Below, in pieces: positions 58,082-64,000 of a stretch of 64,000 nucleotides of DNA (its first letter is position 1; every line of letters begins with the position of its first letter). Below the pieces are notes generated by a model. That model was not told the DNA's origin and made no database searches. It saw only the letters and a program-made list of their open reading frames with translations. A program made the translations under genes and the position numbers. Source of the DNA: Bacillota bacterium (lineage in GTDB: Bacteria > Bacillota > Clostridia > Oscillospirales > CAG-382). The stretch is taken from the NCBI GenBank assembly GCA_029550965.1, contig JAKPGJ010000054.1, forward strand, positions 42,181-106,180. The letters run 5' to 3'.

Positions 58082-58438
58082 TTAATCCCGGTAATACTTG
58101 TAGTACGCCATCACGGTTCGCTCTTTGCCCTGAATCTGGTCAAATCCGGTTAAAGTAACGCCCTCGAGCGAAAGGAACTCCCAGGCGGAGAGCGTGTCCA
58201 CTTTGGATTTGAACAAAGTCTTTTCCCCGCATATGACCGACAAATCGCCGCCGTCGCTTTTGCTCTGGTTGCTGACGCTGATAAAACCGCCTTTGCCGAT
58301 GACGACGTCGACGCCGTCTTCGCCGCGCTCTAACACATAGCGGACCGCCCTTCCGTTCAGTTTTCCGGCCATCCAGCGCTTAAACTCAACGCTGTTCGGG
58401 TTTTTCGGCGGTTTGTCCTTCCTGAGAAATCGAAACAT
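58082..58438 (-). CDS. Hypothetical protein
   Basis: 118-aa ORF in an operon-like position between the GH84 and TIM-barrel genes. I do not recognise a family. Confidence 0.5.
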   Translation of the reverse strand: MFRFLRKDKPPKNPNSVEFKRWMAGKLNGRAVRYVLERGEDGVDVVIGKGGFISVSNQSKSDGGDLSVICGEKTLFKSKVDTLSAWEFLSLEGVTLTGFDQIQGKERTVMAYYKYYRD

Positions 58439-58471
58439 ATCAAACTACCCTTTCGTTCGAGAGCGTGTGAT

Positions 58472-59251
58472 TTAGTCAATAAACAACATCTTCTTGAAAT
58501 ACTCGATCGTAAACCGAATGCCCTTTTCGCCCAGCTCGCCCTGCCAGGTCTGCGAATGCGGCTCGATGGAGAGCATGCCGTCGTAGCGGTGTTTGCGCAG
58601 TACCGACAGCAATGCGCCCCAGTTGATGCTGTCCAGGCCGGCGGGCGGGTCGTCCACCCTGCCGTTTACGTTGATGGTGCCCTTCAGATGCACGTGATAA
58701 AACCGGTTTCCGTAGTTGACGGCCTCATACAGATAATCTCTGCCGCCGTTCACGGTATGCGACGGGTCGAACTTTATTCCCAACTCCTTGATATGGTCGC
58801 AAACGATATCCCACTCGCGCGGTTTATCGATATAGTTGTTCCAATGGCAGTTGTAAACGGCGATTTTGACCCTTCCGGCCGCGTATCGGATTAACTCCTG
58901 CAAATAGCGGATCGCCGCCGTTATGTTCTCGTAATAGGTCAACGCTTCGACATAGTTGATGCCGGTGATATAGACCGGGCAGCCGAGCCTTGCGCACATG
59001 TTGATGAGCGTAAACTCGTCTCTTTGCTCTTTCTGATTGAAAGAACCGTCTTTTTCGATTCTATTCCTGCCCCAGCGGCCAACGGCGCCGAGCGATACGC
59101 CGTATTCTTTCATCGCCTGTTCGATTTCGGGAACATTCAGATACGAAATATCATCGGCGTTGATGTCGAACTCCGCGTAGTCAAGACCGTATTTACGCGC
59201 GTATTGTATCCCTTCCGCATTATGGGTCGGGCAGATGATTCCCAGCTTCAT
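58472..59251 (-). CDS. Sugar phosphate isomerase/epimerase (TIM barrel)
   Basis: 259 aa with a xylose-isomerase-like TIM-barrel pattern (HVHLKG..., SIEPH). Confidence 0.75.
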   Translation of the reverse strand: MKLGIICPTHNAEGIQYARKYGLDYAEFDINADDISYLNVPEIEQAMKEYGVSLGAVGRWGRNRIEKDGSFNQKEQRDEFTLINMCARLGCPVYITGINYVEALTYYENITAAIRYLQELIRYAAGRVKIAVYNCHWNNYIDKPREWDIVCDHIKELGIKFDPSHTVNGGRDYLYEAVNYGNRFYHVHLKGTINVNGRVDDPPAGLDSINWGALLSVLRKHRYDGMLSIEPHSQTWQGELGEKGIRFTIEYFKKMLFID

Positions 59252-59346
59252 GTTGATTTCTCCTTCAATATTTTAAATAATACCTACTTCAATATACCAT
59301 TTTATAAATAAAATTCAAGCGTTTTGTTGAATTATTTCCGGCATAC

Positions 59347-59372
59347 GAAAAAAGAGCGATTCAGCATCGCTC
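59347..59372 (-). terminator. Terminator after the GT2 gene
   Basis: Stem gagcgat/atcgctc with a T-run on the minus strand. Confidence 0.6.
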
Positions 59373-59380
59373 ATGAAAAA

Positions 59381-60340
59381 TTATTCTTTTTTATTGTCTT
59401 TTTCGGTCTCGGCGATTAAGTAAATCGGGCGCTTTTTGGTCTCCAAATAGGTTTTCGAGAGATATTGCCCGAGGATGCCGATGGTAAAAAGCTGCACCCC
59501 GCCGACAAACAGGATAATGCATACCTCCGACGCCCAGCCGTACGCGGAATCCACGCCGGCAAGCTGTCTGACAATGATGACAATAATGCCGATGACGGCA
59601 AGCAGGCAGAACAAAAATCCGAAAAAGGAGGAAATCGCGAGCGGCGCGGTCGAGAACGCGACAATGCACTCCAGCGAATATTTAAACAGCTTCCAGAAGG
59701 ACCACTTTGTCTTTCCGGCGACCCGCTCGATATTCTTGTACTCGAGCCATTTCGTCTTAAAGCCCACCCATTGAAATATGCCCTTGGAAAAGCGGTTGTA
59801 CTCGGAAAGCGACAACACCGCGTCCACCATTCTGCGCGTCATGAGCCGAAAATCGCGCGCGCCGGGCACAAACTGGACTTTGGAGATTTTATTGATGATG
59901 CGGTAAAACAGTTTTGCGAAAAAAGTTCTGACCGGAGGTTCGCCCTTTCGGTTGATGCGCCTTGTGCCGACGCTGTCGTAATCTTCCTCTTTGAGTATCC
60001 GAACCATTTCCGGAAGCAAAGCGGGCGGATCCTGCAGGTCCGCGTCCATAATGGCGGCATAATCGCCGGCGGCGTTCTGAAGCCCCGCGTACATGGCGGC
60101 TTCCTTCCCGAAATTGCGGGAAAAGGAAATATACCGGACACGCTTGTCCTTTTCGGCAAGCGACCGAAGCAGCTTCAGCGTGCCGTCGGAAGAACCGTCG
60201 TCGACAAACAGCAGCTCGATATCAGCGTCCAGACTTGCGGAAACACGGTCTATTTCCCTGTAAAAGAAGGGGATCGCCTCCTCCTCGTTGTAACAGGGAA
60301 CGATGATGCTGATCAGGTCTTTTTTGTTCATTTTGTCCAT
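59381..60340 (-). CDS. Family 2 glycosyltransferase (GtrB/ArnC-like polyprenyl-phosphate glycosyltransferase)
   Basis: 319 aa with the motifs IIVPCYNEE, VDDGSSD and DADLQDPP, plus two C-terminal TM segments. Confidence 0.85.
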   Translation of the reverse strand: MDKMNKKDLISIIVPCYNEEEAIPFFYREIDRVSASLDADIELLFVDDGSSDGTLKLLRSLAEKDKRVRYISFSRNFGKEAAMYAGLQNAAGDYAAIMDADLQDPPALLPEMVRILKEEDYDSVGTRRINRKGEPPVRTFFAKLFYRIINKISKVQFVPGARDFRLMTRRMVDAVLSLSEYNRFSKGIFQWVGFKTKWLEYKNIERVAGKTKWSFWKLFKYSLECIVAFSTAPLAISSFFGFLFCLLAVIGIIVIIVRQLAGVDSAYGWASEVCIILFVGGVQLFTIGILGQYLSKTYLETKKRPIYLIAETEKDNKKE

Positions 60341-60464
60341 ACGGCTTTCTCCGGTGCTTTATTTTTCTGTAACATTTTATCACAGCGCGTTTCTTTTGTC
60401 AATAAAGAGCGGCTGCTTGTCGAAAACGATTCGAATATCTCATCAGATTTTGCCTTCAAAGCTG

Positions 60465-60493
60465 TTGACAGTGAAATGCGTCTATGATATTAT
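60465..60493 (+). promoter_or_regulatory. Promoter of murQ
   Basis: TTGACA - 17 nt - TATTAT on the plus strand. Confidence 0.6.
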
Positions 60494-60542
60494 AATTGTT
60501 ATACCAATTGCATAAATTTTTAGAACAACAAAGGGAGAATTT

Positions 60543-61376
60543 ATGGCAGATTTTAACAAATTAAAAACCGAATCCTACAACGAAAAAACCGCCAATATCG
60601 ATAAAATGAGCGCGCTGGAAATCGTCAAATGCATCAACGACGAGGACAAAACCGTCGCTTTTGCGGTGGAAAAGGCGCTCAACGAGATCGCGGCGGCTGT
60701 AGACCTTTTGGCGGATACTCTAAAAAACGGCGGCAGAATTTTCTATGCCGGCGCCGGCACCTCCGGCAGGCTGGGCATATTGGACGCGTCCGAGTGTCCG
60801 CCTACCTATGGCGTTTCGCCGGATACGGTTCAGGGCATTATCGCCGGCGGACCGCAGGCGGCCTTCTACTCGGTCGAGGACGCCGAGGACGATTTTGAAA
60901 GCATCGTCGCGCAGCTGAAAGAAAGAAACTTCTGCGGCAAAGACGTCCTTGTCGCCATATCGGCGAGCGGTTCGGCGAACTGCGTCAAAGGCGCGATCGA
61001 TTTCGCGAAGAAGCAGGGGTCGAAAACAGTCTGCTTATCCTGCAACAAGAATTCCGACCTTGTCCCGATGTGCGACATCGCCATTATCGCGGAAGTAGGG
61101 CCAGAAGTCATCAATGGTTCTACGAGAATGAAAGCCGGCACAGCGCAGAAGATGATTTTAAATATGCTCTCGACCGGCGCGATGGTTCGATTCGGCAGAG
61201 TCCGGGGGAATTTTATGGCCTATATGATTCCCTCGAACAAAAAGCTGATTGACCGCGCGATCCGGATTATCGCCGCAAAGACAGGCGTTAGTTACGAACG
61301 AGCAAAGGAGGAATTGGAAAAAGCCAACAACGTTATCGCCGACGCAATCGACAACATTGAAAAAGAAACTACATAA
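60543..61376 (+). CDS. murQ: N-acetylmuramic acid 6-phosphate etherase
   Basis: 277 aa SIS-domain protein. The MurQ-type N-terminus (TESYNEKTANIDKMS) and GAGTSGRLGILDASECPPT are present. Confidence 0.88.
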   Translation: MADFNKLKTESYNEKTANIDKMSALEIVKCINDEDKTVAFAVEKALNEIAAAVDLLADTLKNGGRIFYAGAGTSGRLGILDASECPPTYGVSPDTVQGIIAGGPQAAFYSVEDAEDDFESIVAQLKERNFCGKDVLVAISASGSANCVKGAIDFAKKQGSKTVCLSCNKNSDLVPMCDIAIIAEVGPEVINGSTRMKAGTAQKMILNMLSTGAMVRFGRVRGNFMAYMIPSNKKLIDRAIRIIAAKTGVSYERAKEELEKANNVIADAIDNIEKETT

Positions 61377-61393
61377 AAGAAAGGAAGCCCGCT

Positions 61394-64000
61394 ATGTTTA
61401 AAAGCAAAAGCATTGCTTTTCTATTGATCGCCGCCATGCTGGCGAGCATGTTCGCAGTGTTTCCCGCTATGACTGTCAGCGCGGACGGCCCGACCGTTAT
61501 CAGCAACGTGCAGCCCGCGATTCCCGCGACAGTCGGCAGTGAAATCACGTTATCGGATTACAGTGTGCAGCTCAATAACGGCACAGTGCTTTCTCCGAGC
61601 GAGATTACCTGGTACAACGAAAGCAACACTGCCATCACCAGGTTCACGCCTTCCGTGGCAGGCGTAACTAAACTGACCGCAAAGAAGACGTCCGACGCTT
61701 CGGTTTCCAAGACGATTTACGTTGTCGCGAAGAACGCCAGCGATTCGGAATACGTGCTTTACTTTACGGATTTCAACAGCGCGTCCGATCTTGACGGCTG
61801 GAACAAGATTGTCTCGACCGGCGACGTTTATACCGTCAGCAACGGAAAGCTGACCATCTCGGGTCTGAACACCAACAACCCGAGAATCTATCTGCCGAGC
61901 TGGCTTGGGGATTTCGGCGATTACAGAATTGATGTCGTCGGCACGCAAACCAACCCCACCGACTCCTCAAGATGGTTCTCCGTCATTTACCGCGCGCAGA
62001 ACCCCGCCACCACCGGCATTCCGTACTACCATATGTGCGTCCGCAACAACGCGACTGCCGGCGCGACTTCGACAACCGGCGGCGTCGAGCTTGCTTATTT
62101 ATACAACAACACATGGAACTACGTAAAATCCAGCAGCTATACCGAGCCGATCAACGCTGCCAAGAACTACACCTTCTCGGTTTTGGCGAAGGGCAGCACC
62201 ATCCAGTACCAGATTAACGGCGACGTCGTCATCCATGTCGACGATGTTCCGACGTTGGGCGGCGACCCGGCGACCAGACGCGGCGGCATCGGTCTGCAGG
62301 CGAACTCATCCAAATTTGTCGTCGATTTGGTCAAGGTCACCCTGCAGCTGACCACTCCGGTCAAACCGGTTCCCGCGCCTCCGAAGATTATCAATCCCAG
62401 ACAGCCCGCGTCCAACACGCTCAACCATATCACAAACATCGGTATCGTGCAGTCGAAGGCGGAGTACGAGTCTTACCTGAACGCAACCGCAAACGCGCCC
62501 GCCACCCTGATTCTGTATGCGAACGGCGCGAACCTGACCACAGAGGGCGGAACCGTTGTCGGAACCGTTACGGAATTGATGGAAAAGGCGGAGAACCTGC
62601 CCTTTATTCCCGCGTTCTATGTCAAGGATCAAGCGACCATCGACCAGATTGCCGCGGCTGGCAAAGCCGTAAACCTCAGAGATCTTTTGTTTATCAGCAA
62701 CGACTTTAACCTTGTCAAATACGCGCGGGACAAGTACACGCTCGCGCGCGGCGCGGTCGATTTCTCCGCCATTACCGGCTACACGCTGACGGACGAACAG
62801 ATTCTTCAGATCCGCGGCACGGTCAGAAAGGCATCGTCCTTAATCGCCATCCTGCCCGACAACCTTGCTTCGCAGAACATCGTCAGAAAACTGCAGGCGC
62901 TGGAAATCACGGTCTGGGTCATGGACAAATCGCTGAACGGCGATACGGAAGCCGCCATGCTGATTGCCAGCGGCGCGACCGGCATTATCACCGACAAGTT
63001 CGCGCAGATCGAAACGGCGATGCAGACTTTATTTGAAAAGAACACGCTGACCAAAACCCCGCTGATTATCGGACACAGAGGAAATCCCACCAACGCGCCC
63101 GAAAACTCCATCTCGTCTTATCTGATCGCGATTAAGAACGGCGCGGATATCATCGAAACCGATATTCAGCTGACAAAAGACAAGAAGATCGTCGCGATGC
63201 ACGATTCTACCATCGACCGTACCACGACCGGCACCGGCGCGGTCAGCAGCCTGACGCTCGATGAAATCAAGCTGGTTCATCTCTGGGCGGACAACGCCAC
63301 ATTCGAAAGACTCTATCCCGACGAAAGAGTTCCCACCTGGGAGGAAATCCTGAAGGCAATTAAGCCGACCGACGCTAAAATCTTCTGCGAGATTAAGACA
63401 GGCGATCCCAGCATTATTGAGCCGGCAGTGAACCTCGTCAAACAGTACGGCATGGAAGACCGCGTTTCCTTTATCTGCTTTGACAGCACGCAGCTCACCA
63501 GACTGCAGCAGATTTGGCCCACCATGACGTACGGCTGGCTGTGCAACTCGCCTTCTCCCTCCACGGACATGATCGAGGCGCTGAACGCGCTTGACGCGCA
63601 GCTGAACACCCTTCAGGCGATCAGCTCGACCTTCAATCCCAGCTACGGCAACCTCAGCGAGTACTTCGTTGCCGCGGCGGTCGACAGAGGCATTTCGATC
63701 TGGCCCTGGACATACGCAATCGGTTCCTCTTCTACCTTCAACAAGCATTTCCTGATGGGCATCGATGGTCTTACCACCGACGACGCGCAGTACATCAAGA
63801 ACAGCGTCAAGTACATAAGCAGCGATAAAAACGCGATCGCACTTTCCGGCAACGGCGCTTCCGCGCAGGTTGTCATTACTTCCACGACCTACGGCGGAGC
63901 CGTAACCGATATTACCGGCAGCGCCAACACGTTCTACAAGATCATCGAAGGTTCGGACATCATCACCGTCAGCGGCGGCAAGATTACCGCGAAAGCCGCT
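61394..64000 (+). CDS. Secreted multidomain protein with a glycerophosphodiester phosphodiesterase (GDPD) domain; 3' end outside the window
   Basis: This ORF is not in the supplied track because it has no stop in the window. I translated the frame from ATG 61394 by hand through about 63070 (the GDPD motif) without meeting a stop; the rest to 64000 was not hand-checked and is inferred open because the track lists no plus-strand ORF ending there. It starts with a signal peptide (MFKSKSIAFLLIAAMLASMFAVFPAMTVSA), followed by a LamG/DUF1080-like segment. The canonical GDPD motifs begin at about 63062 (LIIGHRGNPTNAPENS...ETDIQLTKDKKIVAMHDSTIDRTTTGTG). Confidence 0.8.
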   Translation, partial: MFKSKSIAFLLIAAMLASMFAVFPAMTVSADGPTVISNVQPAIPATVGSEITLSDYSVQLNNGTVLSPSEITWYNESNTAITRFTPSVAGVTKLTAKKTSDASVSKTIYVVAKNASDSEYVLYFTDFNSASDLDGWNKIVSTGDVYTVSNGKLTISGLNTNNPRIYLPSWLGDFGDYRIDVVGTQTNPTDSSRWFSVIYRAQNPATTGIPYYHMCVRNNATAGATSTTGGVELAYLYNNTWNYVKSSSYTEPINAAKNYTFSVLAKGSTIQYQINGDVVIHVDDVPTLGGDPATRRGGIGLQANSSKFVVDLVKVTLQLTTPVKPVPAPPKIINPRQPASNTLNHITNIGIVQSKAEYESYLNATANAPATLILYANGANLTTEGGTVVGTVTELMEKAENLPFIPAFYVKDQATIDQIAAAGKAVNLRDLLFISNDFNLVKYARDKYTLARGAVDFSAITGYTLTDEQILQIRGTVRKASSLIAILPDNLASQNIVRKLQALEITVWVMDKSLNGDTEAAMLIASGATGIITDKFAQIETAMQTLFEKNTLTKTPLIIGHRGNPTNAPENSISSYLIAIKNGADIIETDIQLTKDKKIVAMHDSTIDRTTTGTGAVSSLTLDEIKLVHLWADNATFERLYPDERVPTWEEILKAIKPTDAKIFCEIKTGDPSIIEPAVNLVKQYGMEDRVSFICFDSTQLTRLQQIWPTMTYGWLCNSPSPSTDMIEALNALDAQLNTLQAISSTFNPSYGNLSEYFVAAAVDRGISIWPWTYAIGSSSTFNKHFLMGIDGLTTDDAQYIKNSVKYISSDKNAIALSGNGASAQVVITSTTYGGAVTDITGSANTFYKIIEGSDIITVSGGKITAKAA

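Overview
The window looks like chromosomal DNA from a moderately GC-rich Firmicute, probably a Clostridia/Oscillospiraceae-type organism. This placement is an inference from four things: TTGACA/TATAAT promoters, GGAGG-type ribosome binding sites (RBS), a type-A RNase P RNA, and a tRNA with encoded CCA. Most of the content is housekeeping. In order it holds two tandem paralogous envelope proteins, htpG, an unframeshifted prfB, rnpB, murD, three tandem M42 peptidases, a YnbB-type PLP enzyme and a degenerate receiver/GGDEF-like protein. Next comes a minus-strand block of MATE, UPF0371, purB, purA, HAD and glyA, followed by a metallophosphoesterase, an FAD protein, a nucleotidyltransferase and dCMP deaminase. 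After that are a zinc-ribbon membrane protein with an HxxxDG acyltransferase and the arginine operon argC-argJ-argB-argD-argF-carA-carB. The rest is a YtrA-type GntR/ABC operon, a DUF1858/DUF438 pair, tRNA-Ala(GGC), an amidase-domain protein, a TetR plus MacB/FtsX-type ABC exporter, DUF2935, DUF4097, and a glycan/amino-sugar cluster. That cluster has two TIM-barrel isomerases, a Gfo/Idh/MocA oxidoreductase, a GH84 beta-N-acetylglucosaminidase, a GT2, murQ and a secreted GDPD multidomain protein that runs off the window. I found no CRISPR array, IS element, prophage or recognisable defence system. Two observations stand out. (1) carB is fused in frame to a full-length DapF-like (diaminopimelate epimerase fold) domain in which one of the two catalytic cysteines is alanine. 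(2) Two dispersed arrays of a sense-strand heptad RTAARAG (20 and 10 copies) begin on the first base after the glyA and argB stop codons, inside minus-strand operons. In the glyA locus the array lies upstream of a hairpin and a terminator. All product calls rest on motif recognition by eye. No database search was run.
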